Origin: Vulcanimicrobiota bacterium
GTDB lineage: Bacteria > Vulcanimicrobiota > Vulcanimicrobiia > Vulcanimicrobiales > Vulcanimicrobiaceae
Length of the DNA: 64,000 bases
Reading direction: 5' to 3'
Assembly (NCBI GenBank): GCA_019241305.1
Contig: JAFAXE010000075.1
Coordinates: forward strand, 6,865-70,864
The position numbers and the translations under genes were made by a program. This document shows positions 27,792 through 38,159 of the stretch, one piece after another (the stretch's first letter is position 1; each line of letters starts with the position of its first letter). A model generated the notes under the pieces. That model did no database searches and was not told where the DNA came from. It saw nothing but the letters and a program-made list of their open reading frames with translations.

Positions 27792-29621
27792 ATGGCGAAG
27801 GTTTCGCCGGGGGTACGGGTAAGCGGTTTCTCGTTGAACATGGACGCGACGCGGTACGTCGACCGCAGGGCCGTGCTAACACGCCTCTTGCGGGAAGCTC
27901 GGCCCTACTACCCGCGTCTGCTCTTGTCGTTGCTGCTTGGCGTGATCGCCGGCGCTGGACCGCTCTCGTTTCCCTACGCGTTTCAGGTCGTCACGCTCAA
28001 GGTGATCCCGCAGCACGACGTGCGCCTGCTCTATTGGATCATCGCCGCGCTGCTCGGCATCAACGCGATCTCGAACGCTGCTTCATACGGACAGAGCTAC
28101 CTTACGGCGTGGAGCGGACAACGGATGATCGCTTCGCTGCGCATTCGATTGTTCGATCGGGTGCTGCACCTGCCGCTGGGCGAGTTCGACCGGTGGCGCA
28201 GCGGCGAATTCCTCGCTCGTTTCACCAACGATCTCGCGCTCATGACGGACGCGGTCAGCATCTCCGTTCCGCAGATGTTTCAGACCATCATCACCTTCGT
28301 CGGCGCGCTGGCCGTCATGTTCTACACGGACTGGCTCTTGACGCTGTTCCTCTTCTTGTGCGCACCGGTCGTGAATTATGCGGTCGCGACGTTCACGCGC
28401 CTGATCTCCGGAAGCACACGACGGGCGCAGGAACGGATCGCCGACTTGGCCGCCAACATCTCCGAAGTGCTCCAGGCCGAGCGCATCGTCAAAGCGTTTC
28501 GCCGCGAAGACTTTGAAGTACGGCGCTTCACCGACAGCAACGAAAACTATTTCGGTGCTTACATGAAGGTGACGCAGCTCGGCCAAACGCAGACACCGGT
28601 CGTCGCCATGATCATCACCATCGCGCTCCTGGCGATCGTCGCCTTCTCGGCGCGCGAGGTGATCGTCGGCCGGATGAATCAGGGTCAGGTCGTCGCGTTT
28701 TGGGGTTACGTCGTGCTGGCGATCAACCCGATGAACCGTTTTGCAACGTACATTGGGGATCTTTCGAAAGGCCTGGTCGGAGCGGCGCGGGTCTTTCAGG
28801 TGCTCGACTTGCCGGTCGAGCGGGAAGGCGGAGCGGATGCGGTGCGTCTGCGCAGTATCGCCGGCGCGCTTCGCTACGAGCACGTCACGTTCGCGTACGA
28901 ACCGCAAGCGGCGCCCGTCCTCGTTGATTTCGTTGCAGAGATCGGCGCCGGGGAAGTCGTCGCCTTAGTAGGCCCGTCTGGGGCAGGGAAAACGACCGCC
29001 GTCAATTTGGTGCCGCGCTTCTACGAGCCGCAGCGCGGTCGCGTCACGCTCGATGACGTCGACATCGCGAGCTTGACGCTCGCACAGCTGCGCAGTGCGA
29101 TCGCCATCGTGCCACAAGAACCGTTGTTGTTCAGCGGGACCGTCGCGGAAAATATTCGCTACGGGCGGCTCGATGCGAGCGACGCAGAGATCGAAGCCGC
29201 CGCGCAAAAGGCCAATGCCGAGGAATTCATCCTCGACCTTCCGCTCGGATACGAAACTCCGGTAGGGGACCGCGGGATTCGGCTTTCGGGCGGACAGCGG
29301 CAACGCATCTCGATCGCGCGCGCCGTCTTGCGCGATCCCAGGATTCTTATCTTAGACGAGGCGACGAGCGCGCTCGACAGCCATTCCGAGCGGCTCATCG
29401 AGGCGGCACTCGATTTGCTGCTGCGCGGCCGTACCACGCTGATCATCGCGCACCGGCTCTCGACCATCCGGCGCGCCACGAAAATTTTGTACGTCGAGGC
29501 GGGTCGCGTCATCGAAACCGGAACGCACGAAGAGTTGTTGGCGCGTGAAGGCGCCTATGCGCGCCTCCATGCCGTGCAATTCGCTTCCACCGGCCAAAGC
29601 GCTCCGACGTCCACCGCATGA
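27792..29621 (+). CDS. ABC transporter, fused permease/ATPase (MsbA/multidrug-exporter type)
   Basis: Six N-terminal TM helices. Walker [10 protein letters not shown], signature [13 protein letters not shown] and Walker [13 protein letters not shown]. Confidence 0.92.
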   Translation: MAKVSPGVRVSGFSLNMDATRYVDRRAVLTRLLREARPYYPRLLLSLLLGVIAGAGPLSFPYAFQVVTLKVIPQHDVRLLYWIIAALLGINAISNAASYGQSYLTAWSGQRMIASLRIRLFDRVLHLPLGEFDRWRSGEFLARFTNDLALMTDAVSISVPQMFQTIITFVGALAVMFYTDWLLTLFLFLCAPVVNYAVATFTRLISGSTRRAQERIADLAANISEVLQAERIVKAFRREDFEVRRFTDSNENYFGAYMKVTQLGQTQTPVVAMIITIALLAIVAFSAREVIVGRMNQGQVVAFWGYVVLAINPMNRFATYIGDLSKGLVGAARVFQVLDLPVEREGGADAVRLRSIAGALRYEHVTFAYEPQAAPVLVDFVAEIGAGEVVALVGPSGAGKTTAVNLVPRFYEPQRGRVTLDDVDIASLTLAQLRSAIAIVPQEPLLFSGTVAENIRYGRLDASDAEIEAAAQKANAEEFILDLPLGYETPVGDRGIRLSGGQRQRISIARAVLRDPRILILDEATSALDSHSERLIEAALDLLLRGRTTLIIAHRLSTIRRATKILYVEAGRVIETGTHEELLAREGAYARLHAVQFASTGQSAPTSTA

Positions 29622-29688
29622 CGAAGGCCCGGGTGCGCCCTTTCTGGGGAGCGAAGACGCGGCGACCCCACCTGCCAGGGAGGGCGTT

Positions 29689-29910
29689 GTGCTCGTTCTG
29701 AGCCGAAAAGTGAACCAGGCCATCATGATCGGCGACGATGTCCGAATCGTCATCGTCGCAGTCGACCGCGATCAGGTCAAGCTCGGCGTCGAGGCGCCGC
29801 GCGAGATCTCCGTGCACCGTTCGGAAATTTATGAAGAGATTAAGCGTAGCGGTCACCTGACGCCGGAGGAACGCAAGTTGAAACCGGCCGGCCCGAAGCG
29901 GGGTCGATAG
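29689..29910 (+). CDS. csrA: Carbon storage regulator CsrA
   Basis: GTG 29689 follows [58 protein letters not shown] is an unmistakable CsrA core. 73 aa. Confidence 0.88.
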   Translation: MLVLSRKVNQAIMIGDDVRIVIVAVDRDQVKLGVEAPREISVHRSEIYEEIKRSGHLTPEERKLKPAGPKRGR

Positions 29911-30013
29911 CCGAGGCGTTCCCGGTCCGGCATGCGGCCGCGAAGGCCGCTCGGCGGCCCCGAGCGAACGTGGGTCGCTTGGCGCGGCGCCGCTTGCGAG
30001 CACGCCGCAGTTC

Positions 30014-30077
30014 GCCCGGCACGGAGGCCGGGCGCGATGGTCTCAACTGAGCGTGCTGCGCTAAGGACGGCGCACGC
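30014..30077 (+). promoter_or_regulatory. Two hairpins presenting GGA in their loops within the csrA-rpsB intergenic leader (candidate CsrA or S2 binding structure)
   Basis: GCCCGGC-ACGGAG-GCCGGGC (30014-30033). GCGTGC(T)GC...GCGCACGC with a loop containing AAGGAC (30051-30077). These lie 25-88 nt upstream of the rpsB GTG at 30102. Confidence 0.3.
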
Positions 30078-30101
30078 GCGAGATCAGAAAGGTTTCGATT
30101 C

Positions 30102-30896
30102 GTGGCATCAGTCATCTCCATGAAAGCGCTCCTCGAGGCGGGAGTCCATTTCGGTCATCAGACCCGCCGTTGGAATCCGAAGATGAAACGCTACATCTTC
30201 CAAGAGCGCAACGGCATCTACATTATCGATTTGCAGAAGACGGTGATTCTTCTGCGGGAAGTCTATGCGGTCGTCAAAGCGATGGCTCGCGAAGGTAAAG
30301 TCATTCTGTTCGTCGGCACGAAAAAGCAGGCACAGGATGCTGTGAAGGAAGAGGCAGAACGCGCCGGCACCTTCTTTGTGAACCAGCGTTGGCTGGGCGG
30401 TACGCTCACCAACTTCGCGACGATTCAAAAGCGGATCGCTCGCCTGCGCGAACTCGAGGGAATGCGCGCTCAGGGCGACTTCGACCGGCTTCCCAAGAAA
30501 GAAGTCGCGGCGCTCGCGGACGAGCTCGAGAAGCTGGAGCGGTTCTTGGGCGGCATCAAGGACATGCACCGGCTGCCGGACGCAATTTTCATCGTGGATC
30601 CGAAAAAAGAGCGCATTGCGGTCCTCGAGGCGCGAAAGCTCAAGATTCCTATCATTGCCGTCGTCGATACGAATTGCGATCCGGACGAAATCGACTATCT
30701 CGTTCCGGGCAACGACGACGCGATCCGCGCAGTGAAGCTGATGGTCTCGAAGATCGCCGACGCCATCATCGAAGGCCGAACGGAAGCGGAAAGCGGGTAC
30801 GACGAGACGGCGTACGCGGAGCAGTACGCCGCGTACGATCAACAGGCGTCGGAGCGCGAACCGTCGTTCGTCGAAGCGTTGCAAGAGAAGACGTAG
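30102..30896 (+). CDS. rpsB: 30S ribosomal protein S2
   Basis: [23 protein letters not shown]. 264 aa. Confidence 0.95.
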   Translation: MASVISMKALLEAGVHFGHQTRRWNPKMKRYIFQERNGIYIIDLQKTVILLREVYAVVKAMAREGKVILFVGTKKQAQDAVKEEAERAGTFFVNQRWLGGTLTNFATIQKRIARLRELEGMRAQGDFDRLPKKEVAALADELEKLERFLGGIKDMHRLPDAIFIVDPKKERIAVLEARKLKIPIIAVVDTNCDPDEIDYLVPGNDDAIRAVKLMVSKIADAIIEGRTEAESGYDETAYAEQYAAYDQQASEREPSFVEALQEKT

Positions 30897-30904
30897 GAGA
30901 GGTT

Positions 30905-31516
30905 GTGACTTCCGCCACCGATTACAAGCCCAGCGCCGGAGAGGTGAAGCGTCTGCGAGACGACACCGGCGCCGGCATGATCGATTGCCGAAACGCGCTG
31001 GTGCGCGCCGCCGGCGATTACGACGCCGCGAAGCGCGACTTGAACGAACTCGGCCAGTCCAAGGCCTTAAAGAAGAGCGAACGCACGGCCAACGAGGGAC
31101 TCATCGGCCAGTACATCCACGCCGGAGGCAAGATCGGCGTCCTCGTCGAGGTGAACTGCGAAACGGACTTCGTTGCCAGAAGCGAACCATTTCGTGAGCT
31201 CGTCAAAGATGTCGCGATGCACATCGCCGCGATGTCGCCGCAGTACGTCAGTCGCGAAGAGGTTCCGGCCGACGTGGTCACTGCGCAACGCGAGGATCTC
31301 CGCAAATCGGTGCCGCAAGACAAGGCGCCGGCCATCGCCGAGCGGATCCTCGAAGGCAAGCTGAACAAATGGTACGAGGAGCACGTGCTCCTCGAGCAAG
31401 CCTTCGTAAAGGACGAGGCGCAAACCGTCGCGGAGCGGATCGGTTCCGTCGTCGGCGTGTTAGGCGAGAAGATCGCGGTGCGGCGTTTCGCCAAGTACGC
31501 GCTGGGAGAAGGGTAA
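30905..31516 (+). CDS. tsf: Translation elongation factor Ts (short form)
   Basis: GTG 30905 follows [28 protein letters not shown] and [10 protein letters not shown]. The listed 30389 start lies inside rpsB and is rejected. Confidence 0.93.
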   Translation: MTSATDYKPSAGEVKRLRDDTGAGMIDCRNALVRAAGDYDAAKRDLNELGQSKALKKSERTANEGLIGQYIHAGGKIGVLVEVNCETDFVARSEPFRELVKDVAMHIAAMSPQYVSREEVPADVVTAQREDLRKSVPQDKAPAIAERILEGKLNKWYEEHVLLEQAFVKDEAQTVAERIGSVVGVLGEKIAVRRFAKYALGEG

Positions 31517-31523
31517 ACGCTCG

Positions 31524-32294
31524 GTGTCCCCGAGCGCTCGAGGACCAGTGTACTCACGGGTGCTAGTCAAGCTCTCGGGCGAATCGTTTGCAGGGACTGA
31601 GATTGCCGTCGATCCGGTAACCACCGCGGAGATGGCATCCCAGATCGCCACCGTAGCCGCCGATGGCGTGGGGATCGCCGTGGTCGTCGGCGGTGGGAAT
31701 ATCTGGCGCGGACAAACGCACGAAGCGGCGGGGATGGATCGCGCAACCGCAGACTACATGGGGATGCTCGCGACGGTCATCAACGCGCTTGCGCTGCAGG
31801 ATGCGTTGGAACGGATTGGGGTCGCCTCCCGCGTGCAGACGGCGATCCAGATGCAGCAAATTGCCGAGCCGTACATTCGGCGCCGCGCGATCCGCCATCT
31901 GGAAAAAGGCCGCGTGGTCATTTTCGGAGCGGGAACGGGCAATCCGTATTTTACGACCGATACGACGGCCGCGCTGCGCGCAGTAGAGATCGGCGCAGAA
32001 GCGATTCTCAAGGCGACCAAGGTGGACGGCATCTATTCGGCCGATCCCTTGAAGGAAGCGGGCGCAACGCGCTTCGCGCGCCTGGCCTACCTGGAAGTGT
32101 TGCAGCTTGGTCTCGAAGTGATGGATAACACCGCGCTGACGCTGTGTATGGATAACGGGATCCCGATCGTAGTTTTCGACGTCAACGTCCCGGGCAATAT
32201 CCGCCGCGCGGTGTGGGGAGAACCGATTGGAACCACGGTGGGGACGCGAGCCGACGCAGCGCCGTCCGAGCTGGTAAAGGAGGTTGCACCGTGA
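31524..32294 (+). CDS. pyrH: UMP kinase
   Basis: [20 protein letters not shown] and [15 protein letters not shown]. Confidence 0.95.
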   Translation: MSPSARGPVYSRVLVKLSGESFAGTEIAVDPVTTAEMASQIATVAADGVGIAVVVGGGNIWRGQTHEAAGMDRATADYMGMLATVINALALQDALERIGVASRVQTAIQMQQIAEPYIRRRAIRHLEKGRVVIFGAGTGNPYFTTDTTAALRAVEIGAEAILKATKVDGIYSADPLKEAGATRFARLAYLEVLQLGLEVMDNTALTLCMDNGIPIVVFDVNVPGNIRRAVWGEPIGTTVGTRADAAPSELVKEVAP

Positions 32295-32866
32295 GCGTGA
32301 GCACACAACCGCTGAACGACATCTACAAACACGCCGAGGAGCGGATGCAAAAAGCGGTGGAGGCGACGCGACACGAATTCGCGTCGATTCGCACAGGCCG
32401 TGCTTCCCCCGCGCTGCTGGACCGGCTCCACGTTGAAGCGTACGGCACGTCGGTCCCTCTCAAACAAGTTGCGACGGTGAGTGCGCCCGACGCGCGGACC
32501 CTTGCCATCGCCGCCTTCGACCGGAACACCGTCGCCTCGATCCGTAAAGCCATCGAGACGAGTGACTTGGGAATCACGCCCAATATCGACGGCCAAACGA
32601 TTCGTCTCGGCATCCCGCCGCTCAACGAAGAACGCCGCAAAGACCTCGTGAAGATCGTCCGCAAGAAGGCAGAAGAGGGCAAAGTCGCAATTCGCAACGT
32701 GCGGCACAAGATGGTCGACGAGATCAAGTCGCTCCTGAAAGACCACAAAATTACCGAGGACGACAACAAGCGCGCGACTGATCACGTGCAAAAGATGACC
32801 GACCGTTACATCAAAGATGTCGACACGCTCGTGAGCGTCAAAGAAAAAGAGATCATGGAGGTGTGA
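32291..32866 (+). CDS. frr: Ribosome recycling factor
   Basis: GTGA overlap with the pyrH stop. [29 protein letters not shown] and [14 protein letters not shown]. Confidence 0.93.
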   Translation: MSVSTQPLNDIYKHAEERMQKAVEATRHEFASIRTGRASPALLDRLHVEAYGTSVPLKQVATVSAPDARTLAIAAFDRNTVASIRKAIETSDLGITPNIDGQTIRLGIPPLNEERRKDLVKIVRKKAEEGKVAIRNVRHKMVDEIKSLLKDHKITEDDNKRATDHVQKMTDRYIKDVDTLVSVKEKEIMEV

Positions 32867-33090
32867 TGCCGGCGGCGCTCGAGGAGATTCTCGCCGTTAC
32901 GCTTCTGCCTGAATGGCGCGCACGGCGGCTTCTCGCGCACCGTCGCTTGCGCTATCGCATGTTGACCCCGCCGTACCCGTCAGCCGGCGTGGGAATCCTT
33001 CGAGCCCTTCGCGTTCGTGAGGACGATGAAGGTGCCGAGGTCGTGGTAGGGTACGACCGGTACGAGCGACTTGCCGATGTCGGGCGATGA
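32863..33090 (+). CDS. Hypothetical 75-aa protein occupying the position where uppS normally sits
   Basis: ATGA overlap with the frr stop. No recognisable motif, and coding status is uncertain. Confidence 0.35.
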   Translation: MMPAALEEILAVTLLPEWRARRLLAHRRLRYRMLTPPYPSAGVGILRALRVREDDEGAEVVVGYDRYERLADVGR

Positions 33091-33151
33091 GGGATTATTG
33101 AGCGGGGGCACGTACCCGGCGGCGCAGGTTCGCGTCCGCGGGTGGGTCGAC

Positions 33152-33961
33152 ATGCCGCGCCGCATTGGGATCGGCGCCCTGCTCGGCGTTATCGGTTTGG
33201 CAAGCGTGTTGGACGCGCGGGCGTTTGCGGCGCTCGTGCTCGTCATTGCGATCGGGTGCCTGTGGGAGCTGGACCGGCTTTCCGCTCGCAAAGGACAAGA
33301 ACTCGTCTTTCCCGTCGCCGCCTGCGCGGTCGCGGCGTACATCGTTCTCGCCGAGCTGCGAGCGCTGCGCCGCTGGGAACCCGAGCTCGTCGCCGCCACC
33401 GTTATCGGCGCACTGGCGGTGTCGCTCTTCGGCTCGCGTAGCGGTTACTTCGCGCGCAGTGCCTATACGCTCTTGGGTGTTCTGTACATCGGAAAGCTGT
33501 TATCGTACTTCGTTGCGTTGCGGAACGTTCCCCACGCGGGACTTGCGTATGCCCTCGCCGCGATCGTGCTGATCGCGGTCAGCGACATCTTCGCGATGCT
33601 GATCGGGTCTTGGATTGGGCGCATACCGCTCACCTCGATCTCGCCGCGCAAAACGTGGGAAGGGGCGGTGGGCGCGCTCGCTGCGACGACGGTCGCCGGC
33701 GTCCTCCTCGCGACCCTTTCCCCGCTCCACGCGCCGTGGTGGCACGGCGCGCTCGTCGGAGCGATCACGTCGATTGCGGCGCAGGCCGGCGACGTCGTCG
33801 AGAGCGCGTTGAAGCGCGACGCGCGCGTGAAGGATGCGGGAACGGCCATGGGGAGTCACGGTGGCTGGCTCGACCGCTTCGATTCCTATCTTTTTGGCGG
33901 CGTTGCGTGCTACGGCGCGCTCTGGGTAACCGGTTACCTGCCCGGCGGTCCGCGATGGTAG
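33152..33961 (+). CDS. cdsA: Phosphatidate cytidylyltransferase
   Basis: SDIFAMLIGSWIGR, ISPRKTWEGAVG, GDVVESALKRDARVKDAG and GHGGWLDRFDS. The start is ambiguous (TTG 33071, ATG 33077 or ATG 33152). Confidence 0.85.
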   Translation: MPRRIGIGALLGVIGLASVLDARAFAALVLVIAIGCLWELDRLSARKGQELVFPVAACAVAAYIVLAELRALRRWEPELVAATVIGALAVSLFGSRSGYFARSAYTLLGVLYIGKLLSYFVALRNVPHAGLAYALAAIVLIAVSDIFAMLIGSWIGRIPLTSISPRKTWEGAVGALAATTVAGVLLATLSPLHAPWWHGALVGAITSIAAQAGDVVESALKRDARVKDAGTAMGSHGGWLDRFDSYLFGGVACYGALWVTGYLPGGPRW

Positions 33962-35160
33962 CGCCGCCTCGACGGGCCGTTGCGATTCTGGGCTCGACCG
34001 GTTCCATCGGGACGCAGGCTCTCGACGTCATCGAACGTCATCCCGAGCGGTTCCGCGTCGTGGCGCTGGCGGCGGGACGCCGCGCCAGCGTGCTCGCAGA
34101 GCAGGCGCGCCGCTTTCGCCCAGCGCTCGTTTCCTGCGCCGACGAATCGGACGCCGCGCGATTGCGTACGGAGCTGGCGGAAACCCAGGTCGTCCCTGGA
34201 GCCGCGGGACTCGTGGCTGTAGCCGTGGAGAGCGGCGCCGACGTCGTCTTGGCCGCGACCGATGGCGCCGTCGCGTTCGAGGCCATATTTGCCGCGGTTG
34301 AGCACGGCCTCACCGTCGCAATTGCGAATAAGGAAGTGATCGTTGCCGCCGGGGAGCTGCTGTTTGCGGAAGCACGGAAGAGTGGCGCGTCCATTCTTCC
34401 GGTCGACAGCGAGCACAGCGCACTCTTTCAGTGTCTCCAAGGCGAGCGACGCGACCGGATCGCGATGCTGGTGCTCACCGCTTCCGGGGGACCGTTCTGG
34501 GAGTTGAGCGAGCATGAGATGCATCGAGCGCGGCTCGCCGATGCGTTGCGCCATCCGACCTGGAACATGGGGACAAAAAATACCGTCGATTCTGCGACGA
34601 TGATGAATAAAGGGCTGGAGGTCATCGAAGCGAGCCGCTTCTTCGGCGTGCCGGCCGACCGCATCGAGGTGCTCATTCATCGCACAAGCGTCGGCCATGG
34701 CTTTGCGATCTTTTCAGATGGCAGCATCAAAGGCCAATTCAGCCTCCCTGACATGAGGGGACCGATCGGCTACGCGCTGGCCTACCCCGACCGCCTCGTG
34801 GAACCCCGGCAGCTCGATCCCTTGATGGCCCTGGGAGGCCGCGTGGGCGAAGACGTCACGGCCCTACGGTTCGAGCGCCCCGATCGGCGACGCTTCCCCT
34901 GCCTGCAGTTGGCCTACGATGCCCTCAGTGCTGGAGGTACCGCCCCCGCCAGCCTCTCGGCCGCGAACGAAGTCGCCGTCCGCGCGTTCGCCGACGGCCG
35001 TATCGCCTTCGGGGAGATCGCCGAAGTGGTGAAGGCGGCGCTCGCTGCGGCGGCGCCCCGGGCGCTGTCCCTGGAAGGCGTCCGGGAGGCGGACGCCCAG
35101 GGACGGGTGCTGGCCCAGCGTGCCATCGCCGAAACGAAATCGTCAACCGGCGTGGTATAA
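33955..35160 (+). CDS. dxr: 1-deoxy-D-xylulose 5-phosphate reductoisomerase
   Basis: ATG 33955 overlaps the cdsA stop. ILGSTGSIGTQALDV, IANKE, PVDSEHSA and NKGLEVIEA. Confidence 0.93.
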   Translation: MVAPPRRAVAILGSTGSIGTQALDVIERHPERFRVVALAAGRRASVLAEQARRFRPALVSCADESDAARLRTELAETQVVPGAAGLVAVAVESGADVVLAATDGAVAFEAIFAAVEHGLTVAIANKEVIVAAGELLFAEARKSGASILPVDSEHSALFQCLQGERRDRIAMLVLTASGGPFWELSEHEMHRARLADALRHPTWNMGTKNTVDSATMMNKGLEVIEASRFFGVPADRIEVLIHRTSVGHGFAIFSDGSIKGQFSLPDMRGPIGYALAYPDRLVEPRQLDPLMALGGRVGEDVTALRFERPDRRRFPCLQLAYDALSAGGTAPASLSAANEVAVRAFADGRIAFGEIAEVVKAALAAAAPRALSLEGVREADAQGRVLAQRAIAETKSSTGVV

Positions 35161-35172
35161 GCGTACGGAACC

Positions 35173-36312
35173 ATGATCCTGTTCATCGTTGCGCTGCCGT
35201 TTTTCGATAGTTTGGGACGAATCGTCGTCTTTTTGCTGATGCTGTCGATCCTCGTCGTGTTGCACGAGCTGGGACATTTCATCTTGGCGCGGCTGAACGG
35301 TGTTCGCGTGAACGACTTTGCGGTCGGCTTCGGTCCGACGCTGTTGAAATGGACGTCGCCGCGGACCGGCACCAATTACCGGCTCAACGTTTTTCCGATC
35401 GGCGGCTACTGCGCGATGCACGGTGAGGACGGTCGCTCCAGCGAGGCGCAGCAGCAACGCGCGTTCCGTGCCACCGGGGAGCTCGGAGACGACAACTTTC
35501 AGAGCAAGAGCACGTGGCAACGGCTTTCGATCATCGCCGCCGGGCCGGTTGCCAACTTCATCGTTGCGCTCGTCGTCCTCATCTTCGTAACGATGGCATT
35601 CGGCGCTGCGACCGATCGTGTCAGCACGGTCATCGGACCGCTCGACCGCAATTCGCCCGGCGCACGCGCCGGACTTCAGATTGGCGACCGCATCGCCGCA
35701 ATCAACGGCATGCCGATGAGCAGCGGCGAGAAAATGGTCAAGACGATCCATGGGTCCACCGGGGCCCCGCTCCGGTTAACGATCCTTCGTCATGGGCAGC
35801 AGCTACAATTTACGGTCACTCCGGAAGTGAAGGTGGACCGTCAAACCGGCAAACGCTACCGCATCATCGGCTTTCAGACGCAACCGACGTACGAGACAGT
35901 ATCGCCCGGTGCGGCGATCGTCGCGGGGTCGCAACGGTTCTTTGACCTCGTGACCCTCAACGTGCTCGGGCTCGGTTCACTCATCATTCACCCACAGACG
36001 GCGGCGGCGCAAGTCAGCGGACCGGTCGGTATCGGGGCACTCGCGTCACAAGCGCAGCAACTGGGTTGGGGACCGTACCTGCAACTCGCAGCAGCGATCT
36101 CCGTTGCGCTCGGGATATTCAACTTTCTTCCGATTCCGGCGCTCGATGGCGGCCGTGGCGTCTTCATCATTGCGGAGATGCTGCGTGGACGGCCAGTCGA
36201 TCCCGAAAAGGAGGCGCTCGTTCACGTCACCGGTTTCGCCTTGCTGATGATGCTCATGGTGTTCGTGGCGTATCACGACATCACCAACATCGTGACCAGC
36301 AAGGCGCTGTAG
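35173..36312 (+). CDS. rseP: RIP metalloprotease RseP (M50 site-2 protease)
   Basis: HELGH zinc motif, an internal PDZ segment and NFLPIPALDGG. Confidence 0.88.
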   Translation: MILFIVALPFFDSLGRIVVFLLMLSILVVLHELGHFILARLNGVRVNDFAVGFGPTLLKWTSPRTGTNYRLNVFPIGGYCAMHGEDGRSSEAQQQRAFRATGELGDDNFQSKSTWQRLSIIAAGPVANFIVALVVLIFVTMAFGAATDRVSTVIGPLDRNSPGARAGLQIGDRIAAINGMPMSSGEKMVKTIHGSTGAPLRLTILRHGQQLQFTVTPEVKVDRQTGKRYRIIGFQTQPTYETVSPGAAIVAGSQRFFDLVTLNVLGLGSLIIHPQTAAAQVSGPVGIGALASQAQQLGWGPYLQLAAAISVALGIFNFLPIPALDGGRGVFIIAEMLRGRPVDPEKEALVHVTGFALLMMLMVFVAYHDITNIVTSKAL

Positions 36313-36320
36313 AGGCTATC

Positions 36321-37481
36321 GTGGTTCGTCTGCGGCGTAAATCGAAGCCGGTCTTCCTCAAGAACAAAACGGACGAGTCCGACGGTAAGGGAGTTTGGAT
36401 CGGCGGCGATCATCCGGTCGCCGTGCAATCGATGACGACGACGGATACTGCGGATGTCGATGCGACCCTTGCGCAAGTATACGGATTGGCGATGGCCGGT
36501 TGCGAGATCGTTCGCGTTACCTGCCAGGATGCACGCGACGCTGCGGGCCTTCCCCACATCGTCAAACGGTCGCCCGTTCCGATCGTCGCGGACGTGCACT
36601 TCGATCACCGCATGGCCCTCGCGGCGATCGAGGCCGGCGTCGCAAAACTCCGTCTGAATCCCGGGAACATCACGGACGTGAAGAAGACGCGCGAGGTCGT
36701 GTCGCTCGCGATCGAGCGCAACACACCCATTCGCGTCGGCGTCAACATGGGCTCGCTCGCTCGCGATCTCGAAGAGTCGCTCGGCCACACGCCCCAAGCA
36801 ATGGTGGAGAGTGCGTTGCGGCACGTCGAGATTCTCGAACAGCTCGGCCACACGGACATCGTGATCTCGCTCAAGGCGCACGATGCGCCGACAACGATTC
36901 ATGCCTACCGGCTCGTCGATCGCCGGCTTGCCGAACGGGGCACCCCCTACGCGCTGCACCTCGGGATTACGGAAGCGGGGCTCCCTCGCGACGGCACGAT
37001 CAAGAGCGCGATCGGGCTCGGCATCCTTTTGTGGGAAGGTATCGGAGATACGCTACGCGTCTCGCTGGCAGCCGATCCCGTCGAAGAAGTCCCCGTCTGC
37101 TGGGGCATCTTGAAGGCGCTCGGGATACGTGAGAAAGGGTTTGAGATCACCGCTTGCCCCTCGTGTGGCCGAGCCGAAATCGAGGTCGTCGAGCTGGCAC
37201 GGTCGGTCGAGGCGATCGCCGGCGAGTATTCCGCGCCGGTGAAAGTCGCCGTGATGGGGTGCGTCGTCAATGGACCGGGTGAGTCCAAGATGGCGGACGT
37301 GGGCGTTGCGGGAGGCAAGGGGAAGGGTGCAATTTACCGGAAGGGCCAATTGGTCGGTACGTTCCCCGAGGACCGGCTGCTCGGGGCGTTGCGGGTAGAA
37401 ATCGAAAGAGTCATTGCTGAGCAGTATCCGGACTACGCTCATGAAATCAGCCAGCCAACAGAACTCGCCGTTACTTCCTAG
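36321..37481 (+). CDS. ispG: 4-hydroxy-3-methylbut-2-en-1-yl diphosphate synthase
   Basis: GTG 36321 follows AGAGG. PVAVQSMT, IVRVTC, KLRLNPGN, ITACPSCGR and MGCVVNGPGE. Confidence 0.93.
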   Translation: MVRLRRKSKPVFLKNKTDESDGKGVWIGGDHPVAVQSMTTTDTADVDATLAQVYGLAMAGCEIVRVTCQDARDAAGLPHIVKRSPVPIVADVHFDHRMALAAIEAGVAKLRLNPGNITDVKKTREVVSLAIERNTPIRVGVNMGSLARDLEESLGHTPQAMVESALRHVEILEQLGHTDIVISLKAHDAPTTIHAYRLVDRRLAERGTPYALHLGITEAGLPRDGTIKSAIGLGILLWEGIGDTLRVSLAADPVEEVPVCWGILKALGIREKGFEITACPSCGRAEIEVVELARSVEAIAGEYSAPVKVAVMGCVVNGPGESKMADVGVAGGKGKGAIYRKGQLVGTFPEDRLLGALRVEIERVIAEQYPDYAHEISQPTELAVTS

Positions 37482-37944
37482 CCGCCGTCTCGTGCTGGGG
37501 ACGCTGGTGCTCGCGACGATCGCGTCGTTCGCGACCGCTTTTTCGCGACCGGCCTCCCTCACGATCGACGGGCAACGCGTCGCTTCCGACGTTCCGCCGG
37601 TCGTGACGCAGGCGCACGAAGCGTTCGTTCCGTTACGAGCCGTGGCGACCGCGCTCGGCGCCGATCTGAACTATGACTCGAAGACGTCGAGCATCGAACT
37701 GGTGCGCGGCAACGACGTGTTTCGGATGCGTGTCGGGGACCCGCATGCGACCTTCGATGGCAGGAAAGTGACGCTACGCCGCGCCCCCTTCGAGGTGCGT
37801 GGCCGGACGATGGTGGCGCTCGGCGTCATCGCACGGGCATTCGGCGGCAAGGTCAGCTACGACCGCGCGCGGGCCAATATCGATGTCATTACCTCCGGTC
37901 CCGCCGGTAGCGCCGAAAGCGCCTCTCAAGGTTCGACGCCGTGA
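37441..37944 (+). CDS. Secreted protein with a copper amine oxidase N-terminal-like domain (second copy in window)
   Basis: Signal-like LVLGTLVLATIASFATA. ..AFVPLRAVATALGADL.. and ..RTMVALGVIARAFGGKV.. The start is ATG 37441 or 37414, overlapping the ispG 3' end. Confidence 0.7.
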   Translation: MKSASQQNSPLLPSRRLVLGTLVLATIASFATAFSRPASLTIDGQRVASDVPPVVTQAHEAFVPLRAVATALGADLNYDSKTSSIELVRGNDVFRMRVGDPHATFDGRKVTLRRAPFEVRGRTMVALGVIARAFGGKVSYDRARANIDVITSGPAGSAESASQGSTP

Positions 37945-38111
37945 ACAACGGCGAGCCGCATTCAACGGCAGGTGAGGATCGCGAGATGGCATTCGCGCTC
38001 GTGGACCGCGCACTCACCGCGATCGGCGGTTTAGATACCGACGATCCAATGCGTGCGCTCGATACGATCATCGCGATGTACGAACGCGCCCTCGAACGCC
38101 TGTCCCGGTAG
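37941..38111 (+). CDS. Small (56 aa) helical ORF, below the ORF-track size cutoff
   Basis: GTG 37941 overlaps the upstream TGA (GTGA). The translation VNNGEPHSTAGEDREMAFALVDRALTAIGGLDTDDPMRALDTIIAMYERALERLSR has GC-rich third positions and amphipathic-helix composition. A hairpin with a T-rich tail follows the stop. Confidence 0.35.
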   Translation: MNNGEPHSTAGEDREMAFALVDRALTAIGGLDTDDPMRALDTIIAMYERALERLSR

Positions 38112-38116
38112 ACAAC

Positions 38117-38156
38117 CACAGCACAATCGACACGCTGTGTGGTGCTTTGCATTTTC
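38117..38156. terminator. Hairpin plus T-rich tail between convergent genes
   Basis: CACAGC (38117-38122) pairs with GCTGTG (38134-38139) across an 11-nt loop, followed by GGTGCTTTGCATTTTCG. Confidence 0.35.
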
Positions 38157-38159
38157 GTG

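Noticed and set aside
29934-29950. GCGGCC-GCGAA-GGCCGC hairpin after csrA, considered as an intrinsic terminator
   Set aside because: There is no U-tract, so it may simply be part of the structured rpsB leader. I did not call it a terminator.
37889-38152. 87-aa minus-strand ORF
   Set aside because: It has Arg/Ser-rich antisense-type composition. The plus-strand 56-codon ORF, with GTGA coupling and a downstream hairpin, is the more credible reading.
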